Shown here piece after piece: positions 1 to 12,179 of a stretch of 64,000 nucleotides of DNA (within the stretch, counting starts at the first letter, position 1; each line of letters opens with the position of its first letter). A program made the position numbers and the translations under genes. Source of the DNA: Macrostomum lignano (Eukaryota). A model generated the notes under the pieces. It was not told where the DNA came from. It saw only the letters and a program-made list of their open reading frames with translations, and searched no databases. The DNA lies in the NCBI GenBank assembly GCA_002269645.1, contig NIVC01000422.1, positions 1 to 64,000 of the forward strand. The letters are read 5' to 3'.

Positions 1-660
1 AGAATACAGACACAGACAGACAAATACAGAATACAGACACAGACAGACAAATACAGAATACAGACACAGACAGACAAATACAGAATACAGACACAGACAC
101 AGACAAATACAGAATACAGACACAGACACAGACAACAAATACAGACACAGACAGACAAATACAGAATACAGACACAGACAGACAAATGCAGAATACAGAC
201 ACAGACAGACAACAAATACAGACACAGACAGACAAATACAGAATATACAGACACAGACAGACAAATCAGAACAGACACAGACAGACAAATACAGAATACA
301 GACACAGACAGACAAATACAGAATACAGACACAGACAGACAAATACAGAATACAGACACAGACAGACAAATACAGAATACAGACACAGACACAGACAGAA
401 ATACAGACACAGACAGACAAATACAGAATATACAGACACAGACAGACAAATGCAGAATACAGACACAGACAGACAAATACAGAATACAGACACACAGACA
501 AAAACAGAATACAGACACAGACAGACAAATACAGACGACAGACACAGACAGACAAATACAGAATACAGACACAGACAGACAAATACAGAATACAGGCACA
601 GACAGACAAATACAGAATACAGACACAGCAGACAAATACAGAATACAGACACAGAAAGAC
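1..660. repeat. Tandem minisatellite, ~27-bp unit ACAGACACAGACAGACAAATACAGAAT
   Basis: Unit directly visible from the window start; ORFs 186..680 and 266..652 are just its translations. Confidence 0.95.
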
Positions 661-881
661 AGATAGAGAAAAGAGGTTAAAACAGACACAGCAAAAGCAC
701 ACTTACTTCATACTATTTAGAAACCATTTCAATTTTTGGCTTGGATCGCTAAATTAAAAAAGAGAAATCATCATTTTTACAAAGCCATTAGGCGTATAAA
801 AATATTGACAGTTTTAGTGAAACCATTTTTCATAGCAACAAATTGCGTATTTATACTGAATGAACTACTAATCTATACTAG

Positions 882-3800
882 TCAGTGCTGCTTATTCTTC
901 AATAGCTGTTTCAATCTTTGATGCTCCCTAGGCTCCAGAAAGCCGACTAGCACCCTATCCATCACACGGATCGGGTGCTTCCGATAGCCGAATACTCGAA
1001 CCCAATCAGACGGCACGTGTCTCACAGGTGGATTATTCTGTATCCGCTTGCTCCGCCTCACAGCCGCAGTAGCATTAGTGGCATTCGACAGTTCACTAGC
1101 CGACGCTAGACGATATTCGTCAACTTCGCTAGTTAACAATTTTACTTGTCTAAGCGTTGACATATCGAATTCCGTTAGGCCTTGCTCGACTGTGAAAAAA
1201 TTGAAGCAATCCAACGGTAGCAGATTTGGCAACAGACTGACGCGCTCTACTTTGGCTTCTTTAGTAAGAAAATCGTGCGGATCGTAAAAGTATGAAGTTG
1301 CACTGAACTCGTTAGCGCTCTCTAGATCTTCAAAATTATCAAAAACTGCCGCCTTGTTTAGACTAGACAAGTCAGACTGAGTCTGGGTGTCCGCGTCGCT
1401 GCAGCTTAGAGCTTCCGTTGCTTGGTTGACAGATTGAATTTCCTGTCGAGATTCTGCAACATCTTCAACTTGATGCTCTTGAAGTGTCCGTACTTCATCT
1501 GGTTCATGTTGATCGTAAACTAACGGCGACGGAGCTGGAACTGACACCCGTCTGGAAACTACTTTATCCAGTTGATGTTCGTCTTCATCAACATCCAAAA
1601 TCGGAGATGGAGGCGCAACAGATCGAATATATAACTGTCTAACGGATGACTGATCCATAGTTTCCTCCGGTGCCACTGTATGAAAGATGTTGGACTCGTG
1701 CCAAGACGATAAATATTGACAACGCATAGCGGTATCGTCCACAGTGAATTCGGTTTCAGTCAGATAAGACTTAGCGACGGTGAGACTGGTACCTGTCGCT
1801 CTTGCTCTCTGACGCTGACGAACAATCGATGGCAACAATTCGCGTCTAATAGAACTATTGTCAATGGTAGCCTGCGACACTGTCGCGTACATATTCGACG
1901 CGTGTACAGAGTCAATGTATTGTCGACGAATGCTAGAATCATTGACAGTTACTAGGCACTCGGTTGCGTAGAGATTAGACGATTGCAAATCTGGTTGCGA
2001 TTGGCTTTTGTAACTTGACACACCGTCGCACTGGATACCTTCCTCGACAAGCTCCACTGACCGTGGATTAGATGAAGAACGAGGAACCATTGCAACTTTG
2101 TGAGGATCCGAGGACGCGGAAGCGTACCCAGTGGTGGTCGCACTGTCGCAAGACGTTGCTACGGGCAAAGTTGACACCACCGCTACAGCTGGCTGACAAC
2201 GCATCGGACTCAACGAATGCTGAGACACCGAATGGACAACAGAACAAGTGCTAGAACCGGCTTCAACAACATTAGCAAAATTCACAGCTTGACTACTTCT
2301 GACCTGTGCAGCATTGTTGATTTTAGCAGGAGAAGACGTTCGACAATCTTCTAGCTTCACACCTGCAGGCTGATCAGTGATAAATTGAGTTGCAGTTACT
2401 GCAGTTTTTCCCTCGGCAACCAAATCAGCTTTAAAATTTTGACTGTCAATTCCAGTTTGACTGTGCAGTGCTTCAGTGTTTGACTGTTGAATAATGGTGA
2501 ACTCCGGCTGCATACATGGCAAGGTTTTATCATCGAGTCCAGACGATGTAACGAATGAAGATTTAGCGCGTTTAATCTTATCGCGATTGCTGGACTGGGA
2601 TATCCTTGATGTGGAGTCACTGGATTGATAATCTGGTTTCTGAAGTAGCTTATCAATTACAGATGAAGAACTTTGCTGCCAAATCGATTCAGCATGTTGT
2701 GACGCTGCTGAGCCTAGAGACTTTACGCGATGGATGCTGCGGCCAAGAGAACAACCTACTTCAAGATTTTCAACCCTGGAATTTTTTAGCTGAAGCGTTT
2801 CAGAGGCCGAATTCCTGCGCAAAAGACTACGTCTGATAGAATTGGCAGGTTGCAGGCTCAGTCGAGTCGAGTCACTGATTTGCGATGTTTCGGGTTGCTG
2901 GCTCAGTTCGATTGCATCGAGATTCTGCGATCTGTCATGCGTACGACTTTTCAGATGACGACTTCCACAGCCAAGCTGAGATTCGTTCGAATTATGACTT
3001 TTATTAGTCATCTCAAGCCTTTCGGGTTGCAGACTCTGTGGTAGTGAGTTGCTGTGTTGAGATCTCACCGGTAGCAGACTCGGTTGGCTTGACACACTAA
3101 GCTGAGATCTCTTTGGTTGCAGACTCGGTCGTCCTGACTCATTAAGCTGAGATCTCTCTGGTTGCAGATTCGGTCGGTTTGACTCACCAAGATGAGATAT
3201 CTCTGGTTGCAGACTCGGTCGGTTTGACTCATTAAGCTGAGATCTCTCTGGTTGCAGACTCGGTCGGTTTGACTCACTAAGCTGAGATCTCACCGGTAGC
3301 AGACTCGGTCGTCCTGACTCACTAAGCTGAGATCTGTCTGGTTGCAGACTCGGTCGGTTTGACTCATTAAGCTGAGATCTCTCTGGTTGCAGACTCGGTC
3401 GTCCTGACTCACTAATCTGAGATCTCTCTGGCTGCAGACCCGGCCGTTGTGAGTCACCCATTTGAGAACGCTCCTGTTTCAGACTCAGTCGCTTTGAGTC
3501 TTCGAGCTGAGATCTGTTCGGTTGCAGATTCAGTCGATTTGAGTCTCCAAGCTGAGATCTGTCTGGTTGCAGACTCAGCTGAATTGAATCACCAAGCTGA
3601 GATGCCTCTGGTTGTAGACTCAGTTGAATTGAGTCGCAAAACTGAGATCTGTCTGGTTGCAGACCCGGCCGTTGTGAGTCACACATTTGAGAACTCTCCT
3701 GTTTAAGACTTAGTCGGTTTGAGTCTTTATGCTGAGATCTCTCTGGTTGCAGACTCGATCGTCTTGACTCACTAAGTTGAGTTTCTTCTGGTTGCAGACT

Positions 3801-6215
3801 CAGTCGGTTAGAATCTTCGTGCTGAGATCTGTCACGTTGCAGACTCGGCCGTTGTGAGTAGCTTATCTGAGATCTCTCTGGTTGCTGACTTGGTCGTCTT
3901 GACTCACTAAGCTGAGATCTGTCTGGTTGCAGACTCGGTCGGTTTGAGTCTCCGAGCTGTGAACTGTCTGGTTGCAGACTTAGTCGGTTTGAGTCTCCGA
4001 GCTGTGAACTGTCTGGTTGCAGACTTAGTCGGTTTGAGTCTCCGAGCTGTAAACTGCCTGGTTGCGGACTCGGTCGGTTTGAGTCTCCAAGCTGAGATTT
4101 CTCTGGTTGTAGACTCAGATGAATTGAATCACCAAGCTGAGATCTGTCTGGTTGCAGACTCGATCGTCTTGACTCACTAAGCTGAGATTTCTCTGGTTTT
4201 AGACTCAGTTGACTTGCATCGCATATCCGAGATCTCTCTTGGTGTAGACTCGGTCGCGACTTGCTGGATAGCTGAGACGCAACCGGTTGAAGCTGGACTT
4301 CATCATCGCAGAGCTCAGAAGTGGCACAAGCAAGACTGACGGCGACATTAGCTCGACTAGGTGTGCTTGCCTGGCAGTTATCATAGCTCTTTGACGCAGT
4401 TTTATCAGTACACTCGCCAGCTACTACTACTGATTCACCAGTAGTAGTAGACGATTTTGAATCATCCGACGTTAAATCGCTGTCATTGCTACTGGATTGA
4501 CTAAATGAATCATCTTGGCTGACATAAATACTGACGCCTAGAGCATCAGCTGAGTTAGTCGACAAACCAGAGTAGTGAGCACTGCTATAGGACCTAACCG
4601 AATCTGCTTTTTGTTTAACGACTGAGGCGCTTTCTACATTGGCTTGCGAATCAGACAGAGAAACGGCTCTCGGTTTACAACTCTGACTAGTTGAAGACGC
4701 AATTAACTCCTCTATCGACTGTCCATCGGCAAACTTTCGGTTTTGAGACTTCTGAGAAGTTGACAGATCAGTGAGATTTTTTACTACAGACGATGAACTA
4801 AGCTGCTCTTTACAGCTAACACTTTTATTCGTCGATTCCACAGACTGATTAGTCAAGCCCCGATCAGCTGACCGACAGCTGTTGCGAAGTAAGCAACTTT
4901 TCAATAGGCTATTCCTTGCTGCAGCCAGTTTTCTACTGCGTTCTCTGCTGCGATCGAATTGACAGCAGCTGCGGCTGCCACCCTGGGCCGGAGCTGATGG
5001 AGCGCCAGATGCGGCAATAATTGCGCGCGGCTCAAGCGATTTATCGATGCTAGCTGACAGATTTAGACTGGCTATAGCGGATTCGCAACCGGCAACCGAT
5101 GCCATCGATGGTTGCTTTTGAGCTAATGCATCCGCTTTGATTGTTGAATCTATGTTAGTGCAGCTAGCAGCATCATCTGGCTGGTGAATATCATCAGACA
5201 TGCTGACACATTCGCTTACACCGCTACTCTGCATAGCTATTGAATCTAACAATAGCGTCGCTTTACTTTTGCCGTCCAATCGTTTTTTAGTTCGTTGTCC
5301 ACTTCTAGAGTGTCTAGCATCGGGTTCGGCGTCCTGCTTGGGACTTAGAGAGGCTAGGAGGTTGCTATTCCTTTCATGACTCTTATTAGTCTTAGTTTGT
5401 CCACTCGTTGGCAACGATAATTTCTCAGCCGGCCTGGCGCGATCCCGACTGCGACCTCGTTGGTAAACCATAGTGGACATTGCAAAATTTCCATACGCCG
5501 TTGCTTCACTGTCGCAAGCAATCGAAGATAAACTAAGATTTGGCGGAGCTCGATTAATCTGACTTTCCGTGGAGCCTACAGCTGTAGAGACAGTGGTCGC
5601 AGACGAGGCTACCAACGTTTTAGCAGATTTTGATTTGTTAACGACAGTAGGGGACTGCTTGACATCAGCTGCGGCTGCTACCCTTTCATTCTCTTTATCA
5701 TCTGTCCCAGCGGTAGCATTGCTACTGTCTGCAAAGCTTACAGAAGATATTTTACGACGGTGACGACGCTTAACAACTCGGACAGCATTCTGCTTGGTGG
5801 CAGCAGCAGCAGCAGCAGAAGGTCGAGAAGTGATGGCGGGGCTACGCAGTAAGGAACTGCTTAAAGTCGGACAGTTAACCGTACTGTTTGGAGAATCAGT
5901 CAAGCCTGTCTGACCGCGTCTTTTAGATTGCCTTTTGTTCCCGCCAAGGGATTCTACATGGCTAACAGCAAGAGTGCTATCTAAAGCTTCTACTAAATGA
6001 GCCTGCTGGTCCTGTTGCTGCGACTGTTGTTGGTTTACTTGAGGACAAATCTGCTTCTGAATGACAGCTACAGAGCTCAGAGCCAGTGTTGTTTCTGGTG
6101 ATAAATCAATTCGACTAAGTCGCATCTGTTGCCTATTAGCCTTGCTAACTCTGCCATTGTTGCTGCGAGGTTGCCGTTTGACTTTCTGAGCCCGACTGGC
6201 GCATCGGGTTTTCAT
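882..6215 (-). CDS. Intronless 1777-aa Ser/Gln/Arg-rich, probably disordered nuclear protein; C-terminal motif weakly resembling the CENP-C motif
   Basis: 5.3-kb uninterrupted ATG-started ORF between AT-rich non-coding DNA; basic patches (KRRHRRK); central 14-aa repeat; short hydrophobic C-terminal region with VRRSKRI...W...Y...VLVGFLEP. The ORF is well supported, the function is not. Confidence 0.8.
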   Translation of the reverse strand: MKTRCASRAQKVKRQPRSNNGRVSKANRQQMRLSRIDLSPETTLALSSVAVIQKQICPQVNQQQSQQQDQQAHLVEALDSTLAVSHVESLGGNKRQSKRRGQTGLTDSPNSTVNCPTLSSSLLRSPAITSRPSAAAAAATKQNAVRVVKRRHRRKISSVSFADSSNATAGTDDKENERVAAAADVKQSPTVVNKSKSAKTLVASSATTVSTAVGSTESQINRAPPNLSLSSIACDSEATAYGNFAMSTMVYQRGRSRDRARPAEKLSLPTSGQTKTNKSHERNSNLLASLSPKQDAEPDARHSRSGQRTKKRLDGKSKATLLLDSIAMQSSGVSECVSMSDDIHQPDDAASCTNIDSTIKADALAQKQPSMASVAGCESAIASLNLSASIDKSLEPRAIIAASGAPSAPAQGGSRSCCQFDRSRERSRKLAAARNSLLKSCLLRNSCRSADRGLTNQSVESTNKSVSCKEQLSSSSVVKNLTDLSTSQKSQNRKFADGQSIEELIASSTSQSCKPRAVSLSDSQANVESASVVKQKADSVRSYSSAHYSGLSTNSADALGVSIYVSQDDSFSQSSSNDSDLTSDDSKSSTTTGESVVVAGECTDKTASKSYDNCQASTPSRANVAVSLACATSELCDDEVQLQPVASQLSSKSRPSLHQERSRICDASQLSLKPEKSQLSESRRSSLQPDRSQLGDSIHLSLQPEKSQLGDSNRPSPQPGSLQLGDSNRLSLQPDSSQLGDSNRLSLQPDSSQLGDSNRPSLQPDRSQLSESRRPSQQPERSQISYSQRPSLQRDRSQHEDSNRLSLQPEETQLSESRRSSLQPERSQHKDSNRLSLKQESSQMCDSQRPGLQPDRSQFCDSIQLSLQPEASQLGDSIQLSLQPDRSQLGDSNRLNLQPNRSQLEDSKRLSLKQERSQMGDSQRPGLQPERSQISESGRPSLQPERSQLNESNRPSLQPDRSQLSESGRPSLLPVRSQLSESNRPSLQPERSQLNESNRPSLQPEISHLGESNRPNLQPERSQLNESGRPSLQPKRSQLSVSSQPSLLPVRSQHSNSLPQSLQPERLEMTNKSHNSNESQLGCGSRHLKSRTHDRSQNLDAIELSQQPETSQISDSTRLSLQPANSIRRSLLRRNSASETLQLKNSRVENLEVGCSLGRSIHRVKSLGSAASQHAESIWQQSSSSVIDKLLQKPDYQSSDSTSRISQSSNRDKIKRAKSSFVTSSGLDDKTLPCMQPEFTIIQQSNTEALHSQTGIDSQNFKADLVAEGKTAVTATQFITDQPAGVKLEDCRTSSPAKINNAAQVRSSQAVNFANVVEAGSSTCSVVHSVSQHSLSPMRCQPAVAVVSTLPVATSCDSATTTGYASASSDPHKVAMVPRSSSNPRSVELVEEGIQCDGVSSYKSQSQPDLQSSNLYATECLVTVNDSSIRRQYIDSVHASNMYATVSQATIDNSSIRRELLPSIVRQRQRARATGTSLTVAKSYLTETEFTVDDTAMRCQYLSSWHESNIFHTVAPEETMDQSSVRQLYIRSVAPPSPILDVDEDEHQLDKVVSRRVSVPAPSPLVYDQHEPDEVRTLQEHQVEDVAESRQEIQSVNQATEALSCSDADTQTQSDLSSLNKAAVFDNFEDLESANEFSATSYFYDPHDFLTKEAKVERVSLLPNLLPLDCFNFFTVEQGLTEFDMSTLRQVKLLTSEVDEYRLASASELSNATNATAAVRRSKRIQNNPPVRHVPSDWVRVFGYRKHPIRVMDRVLVGFLEPREHQRLKQLLKNKQH
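3060..4200 (-). repeat. Coding tandem repeat, 42 nt / 14 aa, consensus RSQL(S/G)(E/D)SxRPSLQP(E/D), roughly 27 copies
   Basis: Plus-strand unit GCTGAGATCTCTCTGGTTGCAGACTCGGTCGGTTTGACTCAC; frame kept open through all copies. Confidence 0.95.
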
Positions 6216-7084
6216 GTCTGGTTTTTGGCGACCAATTTAATTGGCTGGCTGTAAATTGTTGTTTTTTAATTTCAGTTAAAACTGTATAAGGGCCAATTTT
6301 TAGAAAAGCATGAAACCTAGATGTGTTGTTAAATAACAAAACAGACTGGCTTAAATAAGCTTGATAATCATAACAATGGCACAGCTTGGCCCATTAATTG
6401 TATCAATCTATTTTATCATTCTTAGCTTTTTGACTGAGTAGTGAGTACCAAAATGATAAGAGAAACAAAGTCATGTCAAACATAAAAGCCATCATGTAAA
6501 ACATAAAATAAACTTCAAACATAAAAGTAGCATAAGGTAACACATAAAAGAAATGTCATCTAATATATAACAGAAGCATCATGTCAAATATAAAGGAAGT
6601 GTGAAGTCAAGCATACAAGAAGTGTCATTTAAATTTTTTTATATCTTTGGATGTTAGTGTTTATGGGGACAATTGCTGCAATTTTGAGGCTTATTGGGGG
6701 AAGTTGCTAAGATCTCAAGGCTTACTCCATGGCAAGATTGCTACTAATGTTCAAACAGATCTTCCATATATAGTTTTGTTCAATGAATGCTTTCTTTTTC
6801 CCATGTGATATTAATCTCATATTTGAAAAAAATGCCACATACCTTTCCTATCAGAATAACTTTACTAGGCCTAGCCAAAGCTAAAGTTAGTTATTTGCTA
6901 GCATGTGGGTAGCTCTATAAATAACATTTATTCAACATAGCTACGTGTGGAGGATCCATTTTAATATTAGTAGATATATACATGCACATATTGTTGGAAG
7001 CCAAATGTAGCTTGCATTTTTGCTTATATAAAAAGCCTTGTTAGCCTTATACAGATATGATCATGAAAAAAGTCTGGAATGATT

Positions 7085-7270
7085 TTAGGCAGTCATTTTT
7101 GGCAGTCACTTTGCTGGCAGTCATCTTGCTAGTAGTCAAATTGCCATAGTAATTTTGTTGGCAGTTAAATTGTCTGCAATCAAATTTATTGCAGTCAAAT
7201 TGTTGGCAGTCATTTGATTGCAATCATTTTTTGGTAGTCTAACTATCCACAGTCAAATTGTAGCTAGTCT
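7085..7270. repeat. Short degenerate tandem repeat (GGCAGTCA...TT, ~20 bp)
   Basis: Recurring GCAGTCA/GCAATCA motif at ~20-bp spacing. Confidence 0.6.
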
Positions 7271-10200
7271 TAAGTATACATTATATATATTTAACATTTT
7301 TGCCTTGTATACTATAATAAGTAAAAGCATATTTATATTATATACACTAGTAGACCATGAAGGGAAATAGACCAAAAAGAAAGTCAAATAGATAACTAAG
7401 GCTTGAGAATCAATTGTAACATAGCATTGGCAATACTATATATGGGAATTTGTAGTCATGCCAAAAATCTTATTGTACTCCTTATTATATTCATACAGAT
7501 ATATGAATACCACCTAGGATCTTTTTATACAATAGTGCACTTAGCATACAATACTATAAAACCTTATTGCATATAAGAATCTTAGTATCTTTGAGAAAAT
7601 GCCATTTAATGCCATTCACTATTTTTACTTATTTAAAATGAAATTATATAATTTGAACCCTTAGCCATTTTATTGATTTGAACTAGCTAAAAATACTAAA
7701 GGTATAATTCAATATAGAAGCCTAAATAGCTTCTTATCACTGCTTAAAAATCTTGCAAATTAAAAAATTATACAGCCATAGGCCTTTAATTAAAAAAATC
7801 CCATTGTAAAAATCTATTTTAGTTTACATTTTATATCTTTGTCATTAAGGCTATGTTTATAAACTATTTAAGCTACTTTTTTCTTTAATTATTAGGGCCT
7901 AACTATAACTACAGTGACTATTTTTGTGACTACTATATTGGCCCTAATAATAAGTCCAATTCAATTCATAACTAAAAAGCTTAAGCTTGATTTGCAAAAC
8001 AAAAACTTTTGATAATTTTATATTTAAACATCATTAGGTTAGGCCTATCAACTAAGTCTAAAATTCAATCAGATTGGTATAAGCCATTTTTAGGCCTACA
8101 ACAAGTTATTGTAGTGACAAATTTTTTGGTAAAAAACATTTTTAGATGACAAATTGCTTGTGATAAACATGTCACTTTTAGTAAAAAAGGAAACCATTTG
8201 TTGTGTGGTAGGGTTTCCTAGAAAAGCTTTTATTCAAATATACGCATAACAATTTATATGTTGTTTTACTTTTCTAAATATTTTCCAATAATAGCCTTTT
8301 GTATTTAAATATACTTGTCACAATCAGTATAAAAAGGGAGCAAAGTTTAGGAGAGAAAAGACAACTTGCTATTACAAATTAAATCGTTATAGCTAGTTCA
8401 ATAATACATGTTTGCTAAATTGTTCTCAGATCTTTAAAGCATTATTCATTTTACTAGTAAGAGATTCTAAGAGCGTTTCAAAGAAAGTGTGCTAAAGAAT
8501 AGAGAGAGAGAAATTGGGAATTCATGCAAAAGCAGTATTAAGAGTGATCGTTATGACCCTCTAATCTCGGCAACGCCCAGACTGGAGAAAGAAAAGCACA
8601 TATATCAGTAGACTGCTTAGGCCATAAAAAGTACAAGGAGGCTACCAGAATATTACTAAGGATGCTACCAGAATATATTCAAATGAAATTCTAAGAAATA
8701 GTAGAAATATTAGTATAGAAATTAAACACCTATTACAACTTTGGTAGCAGCTTGTAGGATATTTAATAAACACTAGCATCAATAGTTTAGGAGTTTAGAA
8801 AGACAGCCAAAAGCCCTGTCACAGTTGGTAGTCATTTTAGAGATATGCATTCCAGGTTCAGGATTGTATACTATTATATGCCAGAATGAAAATTGCCTCT
8901 GTAGCTTATTTATGCCAATGTATGCCAACAAACTTTTCATTGCATATAATAAAATATACTAAAATGAAAATTACGACCAATTTTAGGTACATGCAAAATT
9001 TTAATATTTATAAAACTAGTAGGTAAAAACCAGTAAATGTTTTACTAAATTGCATAGAACAAGTTCATTTCAACTTTTTCATTTGTTCAACCTATAACTT
9101 TTTAGAAAAGTTTTTTTATTTAGTTTTCCATTTTTGGAAAGATCAGAAGCTATTCTTTCTAATAAAAAATTGGCTACTATAACTATGTACATAAAGACTA
9201 TACAACTATACCAAACATAAACTTATATGTTAGCTGAGTATTATTGGGACTTAGAACTTTTGGAGTTTTGGTAACAGCTACTATCTTGGCAATCTTTATA
9301 TGCCAATATATATGCCAAGAGGGCATGCAAGGCCCCTCTGTATGCCAAGTTATATGCAAATAATGTATTCTAGGTCCCTCTATATACCAGAATTTTCCAG
9401 TATACATGTATACTATCTAGAGTCTAGCATGTATTTTAGCCTATTTACAATTATTAGTTTTTTAGCTATCTTATGAATATAGAATATTTATATTTTGTAT
9501 ACTTTGAAAATTTTATTATCTAAATTAAAGTAGTATTTTAATTGTAGTTATAATAAAACAGGGGACTTATTGAACAAAACTAATAGGCCTAGTTGTCATT
9601 ATTAACAAAATTATTATTTAACAAAACATTAAATTTGTTTTAAGAAATGCTATGCCATTTTTGTACAGATCATATTTAAAGTATTCTTATAATGAAATGT
9701 GCCCTAAGAAAACCACAAAAAATATATTTATAAAAGATGGAAAATGCACAAACAGAAAATTGTTTTGCTTTTGAACTAGCAAAATAATCAAAATAAAATA
9801 AAAATTAACATTTTAGTTAGGCCTAGGGGGCCTACTTAGGAATTTTAGCAAAAATAACTTGACAACTATGTCTTGTCACCAAAATAACTGCAATCCAATT
9901 TGCTTTACACTTTTATTTGGATAGTATTAAACAAGTTAATGACAACAACAAGTTAATTACTTAGTTTAGTTAATTTGATTTTAGTCCTTATCAATAGGTA
10001 TAGGCCTAGGCCTACTCTAACAAATTTGACTATAAGCTTGGGCCTTGGTATAGGCCCTAGGGGCATAGCTAAAAGCATAAGCATGCATACATACTAGATT
10101 TTTACCTACAGATACTGGGCTAGGCCTACACAAAAAGTCTAAGTTGGGCCTAACAAACTTAGGTCGTCTTTAACAAAGACAAAGAAAAAAGACAATAAAA

Positions 10201-12179
10201 GAATATAAGAAATAAGAGCTAACTAGATATGCTAGCTCATAGATCAGCAAGTTAGGCATCAGAATTGTATTAGAAATTCCTCAACGTCAAAACTTGGCTT
10301 ATTTATAAGTTAGGCCTAGGACTAACTTAAATAAAAACTAAATGAATCAACTTTAAACTATATCTAGTGAGCTATGCTATACATCAGGATACTGAGGATA
10401 GCGGATAAAGCCGTGATCTGTATGCACCATGAAGCGTTCTCTCGCTTATATGCTAATGTATCTCTATATTCTAAATTTATCAATCAAGGGCGGCTTAGCT
10501 TTGCTAGGCTTAGCCGCTTAGTAAATGTTTATTTATCGATATTGTACGAGTGATTCGACGAAAATTCATTTATGAATACAGTTTGAATGCATGCACATTT
10601 TAACAGAACTGCTTATTTGTTACTTTCTAAAACAAATTTATTTCTCTTTAAAAAGGACAAAGGTAGTTTGTCTTAGCTAAAGTTTTTATAATTTGGCTCG
10701 AAATATGCATATAATTTTCTGGTCTGTCAGATATTGTCTGTAACGATCTTCTAAACCTACTGTATTTAATTATTTGAAACATTTTATATAAACGACTTAA
10801 CTGATTCTCACCAAAGTTGCACCCGCTCAAATAAGAAATAGGTGAACGTATTCCGTCGAAAGAATTATAAGTATTTTGCAACCAGCAGAATATAATAATA
10901 CCGCCCCTAAATAAAACTGCATGTGCTCCTACAAAAACTGATGTGTATGTAACCAAAAGATCGGCAACCAAGCACAATGAATTATGACAGCTGCTGCTTA
11001 ACTTTTGCTAACTCTGCCTGTAATGTTTTAAATGGGCTGGTGGAACTCGCACTCCAGAGGTGTCATGCAATAATTATCGATTGTCCTTAATCACTTACAC
11101 TATAATAGATATACTACATGTACCATGCAGCTTATAATTCTTCAGGTCGTGGAGTGCCTTGCTATCGGGTCAGGTACAATATATATAGCTACATGTACTG
11201 TAGTTGAGATCGAGCTGCATTCAATTCTTTATCCAGAGTGGAACTATGTCAAGTTACGTCTGATTTATTTACATTGTAACATCATGTGTGTAAATGCATG
11301 AAACATGCATACTCTATACTGTAAAGAACACAGATCACATTCATGTAAGCCAAGCATAAATATAAATAAAGTTGAAATGAAAAAGCATATACGTGTAAAA
11401 TAATCAGGACACATATTTGAAACAGCAAAAACAGTAAAAATGAAGCTGGTTTATTATTATTTTTTTATTAATTTCTGAAAAAATCTAAACAAAAAATACC
11501 TTTTAAAATATTATAAAGAAGCTATTACGATCGATAGCTAACAATTGCAAAGGTGTTCAAGAGAAATAATGCGTGGAATTGGAACAATTTAGTTCAGAAT
11601 GTCTATTAGTAGACCAAATTAAAAAAAACGTGTAGCTAGATCCCAGCGTCAACTAACTGTTTTGCATTAAAAATTCAATCGATTCGACCAACAAAAGCCA
11701 AAGCAACTGATAAAAAAATATAAAAAGGCCCTATTAGGAGAACTAGCAATCCAGTTGTAGGCAGTTATTCGTTACTATATAAAGCCTTTTATCAGTAGTA
11801 TAAATCAAGAAACGTCAATATTTAAATTTTCGCTGTGTCAGCCAAATATAATATCGAGTCACGACGAAACATCAGAAAAAAGTTATCAACATTTTAAACT
11901 TAATGACGCGCAGCTTCTCTGATCTACAAATTATGGACTTTTTGGCAGAAAAACAAACCAGAAACCAGAACAGTCGTATTAATTAGAGTAAAAAGCATAG
12001 AAAATGAATTGCTTTAATACTCGCATTTCTTGTAAATATGAATATTGTTTTCGAATAAGTGAAAAATTTCTATTATATTTGAGAACTTTGCAAGGAATTC
12101 GAAGATCGACTCCAGAATTTTCTTTGTAACTAAGAAATCAGAGGCTTCGATGTAAATCCCCATATACTCGTATGACTTG

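Noticed and set aside
1048-5763. Small plus-strand and alternative-frame ORFs inside the 1777-aa gene
   Set aside because: Shadow ORFs with no independent signal.
10385-10525. CTGAGGA motif and GCGGCTTAGC...GCTTAGCCGC near-palindrome (ribozyme or Helitron end)
   Set aside because: No GAAA core and no clear CTRR terminus or 5' TC end.
6300-12150. AT-rich stretch with short ORFs (9198, 10648)
   Set aside because: No recognisable domains or consistent exon structure; treated as intergenic.
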